Shown in pieces: positions 38,689-47,842 of a DNA stretch of 64,000 bases (within the stretch, counting starts at the first letter, position 1; every line of letters begins with the position of its first letter). The notes under the pieces are model-generated. The model had not been told where the DNA came from. It saw only the letters and a list, made by a program, of their open reading frames with translations, and made no database searches. The stretch lies in the sequence record OP617745.1. One strand, written 5' to 3'. The position numbers and the translations under genes are program-made.

Positions 38689-38752
38689 TTAACACTCAGT
38701 ACTGATATTTGTTCAAAAAGTTTTCAGTACTGAAAAATAAAATAAAAATCAC

Positions 38753-38781
38753 TTGACAGATTAACCACTTTATCCTATAAT
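38753..38781 (+). promoter_or_regulatory. Consensus sigma70 promoter with AT-rich UP element
   Basis: TTGACA-N17-TATAAT, preceded by an A-tract and a 16-bp palindrome. Confidence 0.88.
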
Positions 38782-38828
38782 AATCTCATCAACACGAAAC
38801 ACAGAAACAATAAAAGAGGAAATAAAAA

Positions 38829-39125
38829 ATGGCTAAACAAGCAAAGAAAAAAGTTCAAGAAGCTCCAGTTAAAGTTAAAAAAGCAAAAACCGAAAAACTG
38901 TCCAAAGAAGAACGCGTAAGTGCACTGTACAAAGCCGAAGCACAAACAACTCTCCAAACCCTACGCAAGAAAGGTGTGCTGACCCGCCGCCAACAACGCA
39001 TGATTGCGTACACAAAAGGTCTTGGTGGTGTCAAAGGTGTACCACTGGTAAATACCTATGAAGTGGAGAAAAAAGGCGACAAAAAAGTTGTAGTTCACAA
39101 ACTCCAACAATGGCATCGTATCTAA
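38829..39125 (+). CDS. Small Lys-rich basic protein (possible nucleic-acid binder)
   Basis: Very K/R-rich; GAGG RBS; strong promoter and terminator. Confidence 0.8.
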   Translation: MAKQAKKKVQEAPVKVKKAKTEKLSKEERVSALYKAEAQTTLQTLRKKGVLTRRQQRMIAYTKGLGGVKGVPLVNTYEVEKKGDKKVVVHKLQQWHRI

Positions 39126-39169
39126 TATAATTTCATAGTACTGTAATTATATTACAATACTTCACATTA

Positions 39170-39195
39170 AATCCCCACAAAAGTGGGGATTTTCC
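39170..39195 (+). terminator. Rho-independent terminator
   Basis: AATCCCCAC-aaaa-GTGGGGATT then TT. Confidence 0.75.
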
Positions 39196-39416
39196 TTATA
39201 TAAGGACAATGAGTATGCACCATTTATTCGAAGCTTTTTTGGATATTGTTACTTGTGTTATTCCATCTACTAAGAAAAGTACTATCATTTTTCTTGGTAT
39301 TATCCTGTTATTGACAATTGGCTATTTCCTCACTGCATAAGGAGTATAATGAAAAAATTAATCAGAGGTAGAATGACATTTCATTAAGTTAAACTAACTT
39401 AATGGAGATCATATAC

Positions 39417-39965
39417 ATGTTTTTCAACCAAACTTTCGTTTTGTATCATGACAACGGTAATGTAGAAATTACTGATGATTTATTAAAAACAGTAAAGAAA
39501 TATGGTGGTTCAGAAAAATTTCATAGTCTAATGAAATTTAATTTAGGTTCTTTTGAAGAACGAAAAAGAAAGTATTATCGTCCTAACGGATATTTTGATT
39601 ATGAATTCACAAATCATATAGGCTTTTTTCTTTGTAATGAAAAAGGATTACTTATTTCTCCTGATTTATTTTATGGTGAATATGAAGTAATCTGGAATAA
39701 GTACTGGGAACAGAGAAATCATACTCGTACTATGCATTTCAAACATAATAGATCATGGGTTCATAAACACAATAACACTCGTTATAAACACCCGCAAACA
39801 ATGAATGCTCGTAGAGCATCATGTGCAGTATTAAAAGAAGAAGGTGAACCTGAATTTCGAGGTAAACGTAAGGTACGTTCTATTCCAACGTTGTGGGATG
39901 ATAAAAAAACTCGTCACGGTACTGGATGGAAGTATAGTACAAAACGAAAACATCAATACAAATAA
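39417..39965 (+). CDS. Hypothetical protein with basic C-terminus
   Basis: R.KR....P..WDD...WK..TKRK.QYK; ATG after GGAG. Confidence 0.75.
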   Translation: MFFNQTFVLYHDNGNVEITDDLLKTVKKYGGSEKFHSLMKFNLGSFEERKRKYYRPNGYFDYEFTNHIGFFLCNEKGLLISPDLFYGEYEVIWNKYWEQRNHTRTMHFKHNRSWVHKHNNTRYKHPQTMNARRASCAVLKEEGEPEFRGKRKVRSIPTLWDDKKTRHGTGWKYSTKRKHQYK

Positions 39966-39968
39966 TCC

Positions 39969-39997
39969 AAAAGGAGAACGTAAATGTTCTCCTTTTT
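39969..39997 (+). terminator. Rho-independent terminator
   Basis: AAAAGGAGAAC-gtaaat-GTTCTCCTTTT. Confidence 0.75.
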
Positions 39998-40012
39998 CTA
40001 TTGGACAATTCA

Positions 40013-40366
40013 ATGTCAAAATATAAAAAGAAAATTTTATCAAAAATAATCCATACTGAATCACTTGAAGATGATAATTTGGATGATATTATTTCAGTAC
40101 TATTACACTGGAAAGAACAATACCCAAATGAAGAATTACGTGTTGAATATGGTTCTTGTGGTTTAGACCCTTATGGTGGATATGATGAATATTATATTAT
40201 CCGTGATTGTTTAGAAACTGATGAAGAATTTAATACAAGAGTTCAGTACGAAGAAGATAAATTAAGAACTAAAGAGCAAAAAGAAATGGAACGTTTATTA
40301 AGATGTAAAACTTTAAACGAATCCAACAAAGAAAAGTTAATCAAATATATCGAGAAATATAAATGA
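40013..40366 (+). CDS. Hypothetical protein
   Basis: ORF. Confidence 0.7.
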   Translation: MSKYKKKILSKIIHTESLEDDNLDDIISVLLHWKEQYPNEELRVEYGSCGLDPYGGYDEYYIIRDCLETDEEFNTRVQYEEDKLRTKEQKEMERLLRCKTLNESNKEKLIKYIEKYK

Positions 40367-41223
40367 ATCATATTACTGAAGAAAAAATTCTATATCACGC
40401 ATTACATAATGGATCATTTACTTTACAAAGTTGTGATTATATTGGTCATACTCAGACATGTATTGATAATCTTTTGAAATGTAAATTTATTACATGGGAA
40501 ACTAATAGTTTATGGAGTGATTACAAACATAATGATAGTTCTGAATATTATGACATAGCATTTCATCAGTATAAAATCACCGAAACAGGTGAAGTTCGTT
40601 TAGCCATTTATCGTTTAGCTTATGCACATAAGAATCATAGAGATACTTCTAAACATACGAAAAGAATGGAACAATTAACAAAAGTATTGAAACAGTATTC
40701 TCTGGATATTGATAACTTCAAAAAGAATTGTACTAAAAATGAAGTGAAAGCAATTAATTATTATAAAGAAAACTATAATAAAACGGTTGATATTGAAGAA
40801 GCAAAAGCTGTCGGTGATGCATTAAAACAAGCTATTCATCCAGTATTCAGTACTGAAAAAATTCAATCCAAAAATTCTCATCTAAATGATATTGATTTCG
40901 GTGATGTAGTACTTAATAATATGTTCCAAATGAGTTCTATGCTTGGTGAAAAAGGTTATGATAAATCCAGAACATGGGATTATGTTCTTCGTAAAATTAA
41001 TGAAGAATTAGGTGAAATGACACTTGAAATGAATGTAGCAGATGGGTTATCATATAAAGAAGCAGGGAAAGATGGCGTAAAAGGTGAAGCCGTTGATTTA
41101 GCAATTTGTGCTATGGATATGTTTGCGTTAGAATGTCCTGGTATGAGTGCTGATGAAATTGAGCGTGAATTTTTAACATACATGAACATCAAACTAGCTA
41201 AATGGAGAAAATCAATACAATGA
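40363..41223 (+). CDS. Protein with C-terminal MazG-like NTP pyrophosphohydrolase domain
   Basis: KINEELGEM...GEAVDLAICAMD acidic MazG pattern. Confidence 0.7.
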   Translation: MNHITEEKILYHALHNGSFTLQSCDYIGHTQTCIDNLLKCKFITWETNSLWSDYKHNDSSEYYDIAFHQYKITETGEVRLAIYRLAYAHKNHRDTSKHTKRMEQLTKVLKQYSLDIDNFKKNCTKNEVKAINYYKENYNKTVDIEEAKAVGDALKQAIHPVFSTEKIQSKNSHLNDIDFGDVVLNNMFQMSSMLGEKGYDKSRTWDYVLRKINEELGEMTLEMNVADGLSYKEAGKDGVKGEAVDLAICAMDMFALECPGMSADEIEREFLTYMNIKLAKWRKSIQ

Positions 41224-41522
41224 ATAAATTTATTTTTGGCATGGTCTTGATTGGTACAGTACTGTTAAGTGGTTGTGTTAGTTATTTTGAATGTGATACT
41301 TATACACAATACTTACCATTTAGTGCTAATGCACCGGAAAATTGTTATCTTGCGAATAGTGAGATTACTGTCATTAATGGTATTCCTTCATTTGAATATA
41401 TTTGCAATAAAAGAGAAGAATTACAAGAAGGTTCATCTCGTTCTCAATATTTAACTGGTTATACCCCATATAAATGGCCTGTAAGTACTGAAGATATTAT
41501 ATTCATAGGTGGTGAAGAATAA
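41220..41522 (+). CDS. Small lipoprotein
   Basis: Lipobox LLSGC. Confidence 0.7.
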   Translation: MNKFIFGMVLIGTVLLSGCVSYFECDTYTQYLPFSANAPENCYLANSEITVINGIPSFEYICNKREELQEGSSRSQYLTGYTPYKWPVSTEDIIFIGGEE

Positions 41523-41896
41523 TGCGTAAAATTGATTATGTAGCATTTTTATTAAAGGATGGTACTGTAATTGAAAAGCACATTATTCGTATGCCAGCTT
41601 ATAATGAGAAAGGATGGTATAATAGTGTAGTTAGTATTGATGCATTCAACAATCGTGAGTCCGAACGATTTTATCAAATTAGATGCGTTAAAAAGAAACC
41701 ACTTCTTGGTTTATTATGTCATTTATATCGATTAACTGAATGGGAACGTGATACACAGTTATCAACTAATCGTATGAAAAAATATGATCCTTCATATGAA
41801 CATCCTTACAATTTAGTACCATGCATTGAGCATCAAAATGTGTTTGACTTTTATAAACACATCGGGTATGATTATAAAAAGAAGCGATACATTTAA
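41522..41896 (+). CDS. Hypothetical protein
   Basis: Coupled ORF. Confidence 0.7.
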   Translation: MRKIDYVAFLLKDGTVIEKHIIRMPAYNEKGWYNSVVSIDAFNNRESERFYQIRCVKKKPLLGLLCHLYRLTEWERDTQLSTNRMKKYDPSYEHPYNLVPCIEHQNVFDFYKHIGYDYKKKRYI

Positions 41897-41907
41897 AGGT
41901 AAATTTA

Positions 41908-42483
41908 ATGAAACTTTGTAAGCATTGCCAGAAACCAAAATTCAAACATCAACGTGAAACACTGAATTGTCCAAGTCCAACTCGTTCATTGGCTGCGAAT
42001 TTTAATAGTACAACTGTATATGATGAATATGAATCCGATCCAGTACATTATGCTATTGCACAAGTACAATTGAAAGCTGATATTGCTGAAATTACTGCTG
42101 GTCTTGATGAACTTCTTGCTAAAGGTGATATTAACGAACAGTCGTATAAAATGAATTTAGCAAATGCAACTGCTAATCTTACTCGTATTGCTGAAAATAG
42201 TAAACGCGAAGAATTTGAACCTAATGCAGTACTGAATATTAACTTCAATGGTGAAAAATATTCATATAGCGTAGAATGGCGTGATAATGACTTAATCGGA
42301 ACTGATGATGCAATTTATGATCTGTACTTTAGTGATAAGTATAAAGTACAAAAAGATTCTGGTGTAGAACTGGTCATTATGGTATGTGATAATGAAAGTG
42401 GTAAACAATCTTTATGTACTTATGATCCAATTCGTGCTGAATTCAAAAGTATTGGAACTATTAATAACAATGAGGATTATTAA
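41908..42483 (+). CDS. Hypothetical protein with N-terminal CxxC
   Basis: CKHC...H...C at the N-terminus. Confidence 0.75.
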   Translation: MKLCKHCQKPKFKHQRETLNCPSPTRSLAANFNSTTVYDEYESDPVHYAIAQVQLKADIAEITAGLDELLAKGDINEQSYKMNLANATANLTRIAENSKREEFEPNAVLNINFNGEKYSYSVEWRDNDLIGTDDAIYDLYFSDKYKVQKDSGVELVIMVCDNESGKQSLCTYDPIRAEFKSIGTINNNEDY

Positions 42484-42701
42484 TGATCATCTATGCTGTT
42501 CAGGAAATTGATTTTTATACTGAAGAATACGACAATCAAAAAATTCGTAAATTATTTTTAAATTTAGACGCTGCACTTAATTATGTAAAAACTACATATG
42601 ATATTAAAATTACTAACGTTAATACATGTAAAACATATATCGAAAATGATGAAGAACGTGGAGAAGTTTCCGTTGGTATTTATGAAATGAGTGTGTTATA
42701 A
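42483..42701 (+). CDS. Small hypothetical protein
   Basis: TAATG overlap. Confidence 0.65.
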   Translation: MIIYAVQEIDFYTEEYDNQKIRKLFLNLDAALNYVKTTYDIKITNVNTCKTYIENDEERGEVSVGIYEMSVL

Positions 42702-42723
42702 TTAAATAGTTTTTAACAAACAA

Positions 42724-42842
42724 GAAAGTACTGTCACCGTGCATCTGGGTAAAATCAGTATAAGTCCGTAAAGCACAATGCAAATACTCAACAATCTCCC
42801 TACTCCTTGAGATCTACCAAAGTTGAGGGTGGTAGTACTTTC
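42724..42842 (+). ncRNA. Candidate ~120-nt structured small RNA (three-way junction)
   Basis: 15-bp closing stem 42724-42738/42828-42842 with two G-U pairs; inner stems GTGC/GCAC, CTCAAC/GTTGAG, ATCTC/GAGAT; extended -10 TGTTATAAT at 42694-42702. Confidence 0.6.
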
Positions 42843-42852
42843 ACCTTTTTAG

Positions 42853-43104
42853 ATGAGAAACATTATGATTTTATTAATTATTACTACAGTACTGTTAGGA
42901 TTATTCAATTGCTGGATTTATTCAAGAATTGAAAAGAAAGAAGGATATTGCTTTCATAGTACAAAAGATGGTCAATTGGTTTCAATGTTTAGTTTAGAAA
43001 CCCCATCAATTTGTAAATTCTTTATTCTTTTACAATTCATCCCGTTTGTTAATATTGTTTTCGCACTTTTATATTTCGTAGATATTCTTAATGGACATTT
43101 ATAA
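42853..43104 (+). CDS. Small membrane protein
   Basis: Two TM segments. Confidence 0.65.
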   Translation: MRNIMILLIITTVLLGLFNCWIYSRIEKKEGYCFHSTKDGQLVSMFSLETPSICKFFILLQFIPFVNIVFALLYFVDILNGHL

Positions 43105-43760
43105 TGAATATTAAAACAACCGCAGATAAGTACTGGTTCATTATGAACCACCCAAAGTTTTTAAATAAAAATTTCATCACACCAAAAATTGAAATTGAAC
43201 CACATAACGTATGTCCACAAACCAACAGAATTGAACCGTATGAATATTTGAATACAAAAGTCCAGTACTGGATTGAATTTTTTATCCCAGTACATGAGGA
43301 TGGAAAGTGGGATATTGCACATGATTACAAACATGATTGTGGTGGTGATACAATAGATGAAGCAATTGACTGCTTATACAATTCAGTACTAAATGAATAT
43401 GGAAATTATACACAAGAAGAATTAGACAAAAAAGAAGATGAAGTATATGATTACAAAAAATTCAAGGTTGGTGGTGCAACAATGTCATATATTTTATCTA
43501 AAATTCATGAAGACCTGTTTGAATACGCAAATGATAAAATTGTAACAGATGAAGAAGCAGAACCCTATAATAACAACACAGTTGGTTATTATGAAAACAA
43601 AATTAAAGAATTAAAAGGAACTTTAAATTCATTAATCGAATTCAAAAGAAATTCACCAAAAGAAATGCACAAAGTAATTGACAAAGACATAAAAAACGTA
43701 GAACATGACATTTTTGCGAATGAAATGAGTATTAAATTTATGGTGGATTTGGATCTATGA
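43104..43760 (+). CDS. Hypothetical protein
   Basis: Coupled ORF, 218 aa. Confidence 0.75.
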   Translation: MNIKTTADKYWFIMNHPKFLNKNFITPKIEIEPHNVCPQTNRIEPYEYLNTKVQYWIEFFIPVHEDGKWDIAHDYKHDCGGDTIDEAIDCLYNSVLNEYGNYTQEELDKKEDEVYDYKKFKVGGATMSYILSKIHEDLFEYANDKIVTDEEAEPYNNNTVGYYENKIKELKGTLNSLIEFKRNSPKEMHKVIDKDIKNVEHDIFANEMSIKFMVDLDL

Positions 43761-44125
43761 ATAAAGATCTTTCAAAATTAGTTGAAGACCTACGGAATAT
43801 GCCGAAAATTGAACAAGTTGGTTCGTTTAAACGTTTCTTAGTTATTGCACGTGCATTAGATAAAAAGGGACGTGTACTCAGTACCAAAACCAATTCATAC
43901 ACACAAACACATCCAGTACAGAAGAAGTTTGCAGTTAGGGCTGGACGGTGTGAAGCTGTATGGCTCCATGCAGAAATTCGTTGTTTGTTAGCTGCAAGAA
44001 AAGATGTTCATACATTACTAATTGCCAGAATTAACAAAGAAGGTCTTCCTGTTCCAGCAAAGCCATGTTCTGTTTGTGAACTGGCTATAAAAGAATATGG
44101 TGTAAAAAGGGTGATTTATACATGA
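43757..44125 (+). CDS. Zinc-dependent cytidine/deoxycytidylate deaminase-fold protein
   Basis: HAEIRCL and PCSVC motifs. Confidence 0.75.
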   Translation: MNKDLSKLVEDLRNMPKIEQVGSFKRFLVIARALDKKGRVLSTKTNSYTQTHPVQKKFAVRAGRCEAVWLHAEIRCLLAARKDVHTLLIARINKEGLPVPAKPCSVCELAIKEYGVKRVIYT

Positions 44126-44295
44126 AAAATATTTTTAAAAAAGAATATGATGGTGAAAGCCTTTGTGATATTCAACGCGATGTTGTTGAAGCATTCAGTA
44201 CAGTATTCAATCCAGAAATGATTGATATCCCAGTCGATGAATACGGATTTCAGGAAGGTACATTTGTTGTAAGTATTAAATGGAAGCCAGAATAA
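44122..44295 (+). CDS. Small hypothetical protein (57 aa)
   Basis: Read manually: MKNIFKKEYDGESLCDIQRD...KWKPE. Confidence 0.55.
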   Translation: MKNIFKKEYDGESLCDIQRDVVEAFSTVFNPEMIDIPVDEYGFQEGTFVVSIKWKPE

Positions 44296-44421
44296 TGCGT
44301 GATCTTATTATGTTCTTTTCTGCAATCATAGGACTATGTACTTATTATTTTTCCAATCATTATATTATAGCTATGGTATTTGCAATTATATATATTGCAC
44401 TTTACAGTACTGAAGACGAAT

Positions 44422-44447
44422 AAAAGCACCCTAGTGGTGCTTTTTTT
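44422..44447 (+). terminator. Rho-independent terminator
   Basis: AAAAGCACC-ctagt-GGTGCTTTT then T-run. Confidence 0.8.
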
Positions 44448-44579
44448 CCATTTGTACAAAATATAATCTAAGTGACTTTTTATTGATTTAAATCAAGAAT
44501 AAAATCACCTTTTAGTGATATAATATGTTAAGTAGCATTTAAATAAATCTACCACATAATAAAAAATCAAGGAAGAAAA

Positions 44580-46388
44580 ATGAATCCAAATAAATTATAT
44601 GAAGATATTGAAAATTTAATTAATAATACAAATAAGGATATTACTACTGAAAATGCTAATAAAGATGCAAAAGTAGTTAATACTCATAGAGATTTATTGG
44701 CTGGTATACTTTCTAAACATTACGCCCAAGATACGATCCCAGAAGAATTTATTAAATGGCATAATGATGGTTATGGTCACTGTCATGATTTGGATTACTG
44801 GATCTCATCATTAACTAATTGCTGTCTTATTAATTACCCAGATATGCTTAGAAATGGTTTTAAAATTGGTAGTGCTAACATTGAAGAACCAAAAAGTTTT
44901 TCTGTGGCTTGTACGGTACTAACACAGATTGTGCAAGCGGTTGCAAGTTCACAATATGGTGGACAATCATTAGCTCACATTGACAAATATTTAGAACCAT
45001 ATGTTCAAATGTCATGGAATAAACTATTAGAAAAACAAAAGAAATATAATTTAAGTACCGAATTCATTGAAGACGAATTAAAAAAAGAAGTTTATGATGG
45101 GTGTCAAACATTTTTATATCAATTAAACAGTACTGTGTCCGTGTCAGGTCAAACCCCTTTCATATCTATTAGTTTAGGTTTAAGTACTACTAAATTTGGA
45201 CGTTTAATTACTGAACAATATTTAAAAGTTCATGAAAAAGGTTTAGGTAAAGATGGCATTACTCCAGTATTTCCGAAAGTTATTTTCTTTTTAGAAGATG
45301 GTATTAATGCTAATAGTACTGATCCAAATTATGATTTAAAACAACAAGCATTACATTGTAGTTCTAAAAGAATTTATCCTGATTTTGTTAGTGTTAAATT
45401 AAATAAAGAAATCACGGGTAGTACTGCTGAAGCTGTTACTCCAATGAGTTGTCGTTCATTCCTTTCCAAATGGATAAATGAAGATGGCGAAGAGCAATAT
45501 AATGGCCGCTGCAATTTAGGGGTGGCATCAATCAACCTACCGTTAATCGCTCTTGAAAGTACGTCAGACGACGTTTTCTTTGACAAGTTACACCATCACA
45601 TGGACATGGCATATCGCTTCTTATCGCTTCGTGTAGAGCGTTTAAAAGACACAAAAGCCCGACAGAACCCAGTACTGTACATGTACGGAGCCTTAGCTCG
45701 TTTAGATCCAGATGAGACTATCGAACAACTATTTTACAATGGCAGAAGTTCCATTAGTATTGGGTATGTTGGTTTATCTGAATGTTCTGAAATTCTTAAA
45801 GGAAAAATAGACAAAGATTTTGGATTAAAAGTACTAAAATATATGCAAATGAAATGTAATCAATATAAAGAAGAAACTAATATCGCATATAGTTTATATG
45901 GAACACCAGCCGAAAGTTTGTGTTATAAATTTGCAAAAATTATTAATGAGAAATACCCCTCTGTATTGAATAGAGATTACATTAGTAATTCATTTCATTA
46001 CCCAGTTCATTATGATATTTCAATTTTCGATAAATTTGAATATGAAAGTTTATTTGGAAATATCAGTTCAGGTGGCAATATTAGTTATGTTGAAACCCCA
46101 AACCTTTCTAATAATTTAAAAGCATTAGAAACAATAGTTGATTATGCTAGTACGAAAGTACAATATTTCGGCATAAATCAACCAGTGGATCACTGCTATA
46201 AATGTGGTCATGATGGTCAGTTCAACGTAGATAAAAATGGATATAGTTGCCCGCATTGTGGTAATAATGATGAAAGTACTATATCAGTTTGCAGACGCGT
46301 TTCGGGTTATCTAGGAGCACCAAATAGTCGTCCATTCAATAAGGGGAAACAAAGTGAAGTAATAGCTCGCAAAATCCACAAATATTAA
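44580..46388 (+). CDS. nrdD: Anaerobic ribonucleoside-triphosphate reductase (class III)
   Basis: ENANKDA, H.HDLDY, NCCL, SQYGGQ, SGQTPF, PMSCRSFL, GRCNLGV, YGTPAESL, CxxC..CxxC, RRVSGYL. Confidence 0.96.
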   Translation: MNPNKLYEDIENLINNTNKDITTENANKDAKVVNTHRDLLAGILSKHYAQDTIPEEFIKWHNDGYGHCHDLDYWISSLTNCCLINYPDMLRNGFKIGSANIEEPKSFSVACTVLTQIVQAVASSQYGGQSLAHIDKYLEPYVQMSWNKLLEKQKKYNLSTEFIEDELKKEVYDGCQTFLYQLNSTVSVSGQTPFISISLGLSTTKFGRLITEQYLKVHEKGLGKDGITPVFPKVIFFLEDGINANSTDPNYDLKQQALHCSSKRIYPDFVSVKLNKEITGSTAEAVTPMSCRSFLSKWINEDGEEQYNGRCNLGVASINLPLIALESTSDDVFFDKLHHHMDMAYRFLSLRVERLKDTKARQNPVLYMYGALARLDPDETIEQLFYNGRSSISIGYVGLSECSEILKGKIDKDFGLKVLKYMQMKCNQYKEETNIAYSLYGTPAESLCYKFAKIINEKYPSVLNRDYISNSFHYPVHYDISIFDKFEYESLFGNISSGGNISYVETPNLSNNLKALETIVDYASTKVQYFGINQPVDHCYKCGHDGQFNVDKNGYSCPHCGNNDESTISVCRRVSGYLGAPNSRPFNKGKQSEVIARKIHKY

Positions 46389-46407
46389 AATGGTTAAATA
46401 ACATAAA

Positions 46408-47373
46408 ATGGATATTGTGGTATTTAATATGAAAATTAATAAAATATTAGAAAGTTTTAACAAAAAACATAATGGGAAATATACTTATAATTTTATAAAT
46501 GATAAAGATTATAAAAATAGTGATTATATAGAGATTATATGCGATGAACATGGAAAATTTGTACAACGAATTGAATTTCACAAAGAAGGCACTGGATGCC
46601 CTTCATGTGCAATTAATATAAATGCAAAAAGAAAAGTTGAAAAAGCAAAAAGTGTTTTTGAACATAAAGCCAATATAAAACATGATAACAAATATGATTA
46701 TTCAAAAGTTGAATATATTAATGCTAAAACAAATGTTATTATTATATGCAATGAACACGGAGAATTTGAAATAACACCTAATAAACATTTGAACGGTAGA
46801 GGTTGCCAAAAATGTGGAATAATTAGACGAAATGGAGTAAGGCGAAAGCCAATATCTCAATTTATCAATGAATCTAATATTATACATAATGATAGATATT
46901 ATTATAATCTTGTTGAATATACTAATACTGATAATAAAGTATGTATTATTTGTTCTGAACATGGTGAATTTTGGCAATCACCAAATCATCATATTCAAGG
47001 AAATGGTTGCCCATCTTGTAACAAATCTGGATTTAACCATTCAAGAGATAGTTATTTTTATGTTCAACAAATAGAACATGATAATAAAATAATTTCTTAT
47101 AAATTTGGTATAACCAATACAAATATAAAATCCCGTTTATATAGACAGAATCATTTATCAATTTATACGGTTACTAATATTTTTAATTTTAAATTGTTAG
47201 GTTATGAAGCATTAAAGATTGAAAATATAATAAAAGAAAAATTAGAAACTTCATTTTTATCTAAAAATGTTTTTAAAGATGGTTATACTGAAACCATAAA
47301 TCCAAAAGATATTGATAAATTAGAAAATTTAATAATAGAGTATATAACAAATGAATTATCAAACAATAATTAA
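46408..47373 (+). CDS. Homing endonuclease-like protein: C.EHGEF Zn repeats plus GIY-YIG-like C-terminus
   Basis: YDYSKVEY...ICNEHGEF repeats; YFYV...YKFGITN...SRL.RQN...KDGYTET; lies between nrdD and nrdG. Confidence 0.75.
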   Translation: MDIVVFNMKINKILESFNKKHNGKYTYNFINDKDYKNSDYIEIICDEHGKFVQRIEFHKEGTGCPSCAININAKRKVEKAKSVFEHKANIKHDNKYDYSKVEYINAKTNVIIICNEHGEFEITPNKHLNGRGCQKCGIIRRNGVRRKPISQFINESNIIHNDRYYYNLVEYTNTDNKVCIICSEHGEFWQSPNHHIQGNGCPSCNKSGFNHSRDSYFYVQQIEHDNKIISYKFGITNTNIKSRLYRQNHLSIYTVTNIFNFKLLGYEALKIENIIKEKLETSFLSKNVFKDGYTETINPKDIDKLENLIIEYITNELSNNN

Positions 47374-47809
47374 AGATGACTTAATAAATGGGGAGGGAGT
47401 TAGATGCTCCCTTTTTGTTTCGGGTTGTTCAATGGGTTGTAAAAATTGCTACAATGAAAAAGCATGGGATTATAGAAGCGGTACTGAATTCGGTACTGAA
47501 CAAGTTGAACTTATACTAAACGAATTATCTAAATCATATATATCAGGATTATCATTACTTGGTGGTGATCCACTTGCTCCAAAAAATTGTAGTACTGTAA
47601 TCGAACTATGTAAAGTTGTTAAAGAAAAATACCCAGACAAAACCATTTGGTGTTGGTCTGGGTATACATTAGAAGAGATACAAAACAATCATGCAAAAGA
47701 AATATTGCAGTACTGTGATGTATTGGTTGATGGTAAATTCATAAATGAATTAAAAGATTTATCATTACCATATAGGGGATCATCAAATCAAAGAATAATA
47801 AAATTTTAA
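47351..47809 (+). CDS. nrdG: Anaerobic RNR activating enzyme (radical SAM)
   Basis: NGEGVRCSLFVSGC...C..C, GLSLLGGDPL, WCWSGY, RGSSNQR. Confidence 0.95.
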   Translation: MNYQTIIKDDLINGEGVRCSLFVSGCSMGCKNCYNEKAWDYRSGTEFGTEQVELILNELSKSYISGLSLLGGDPLAPKNCSTVIELCKVVKEKYPDKTIWCWSGYTLEEIQNNHAKEILQYCDVLVDGKFINELKDLSLPYRGSSNQRIIKF

Positions 47810-47842
47810 TTATAAATTATTTTCTATATTATAGAACAATTT

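Noticed and set aside
42739-42776. GGGTAAA...CGTAAAGC resembling the c-di-GMP-I riboswitch core
   Set aside because: No GNRA tetraloop/receptor or matching P2 arm; kept only as an unassigned structured RNA
44580-46388. Possible intron or intein in nrdD (also checked by eye for lig, nadV and phoH)
   Set aside because: The ORFs are continuous and of normal length; the endonuclease genes are free-standing beside them
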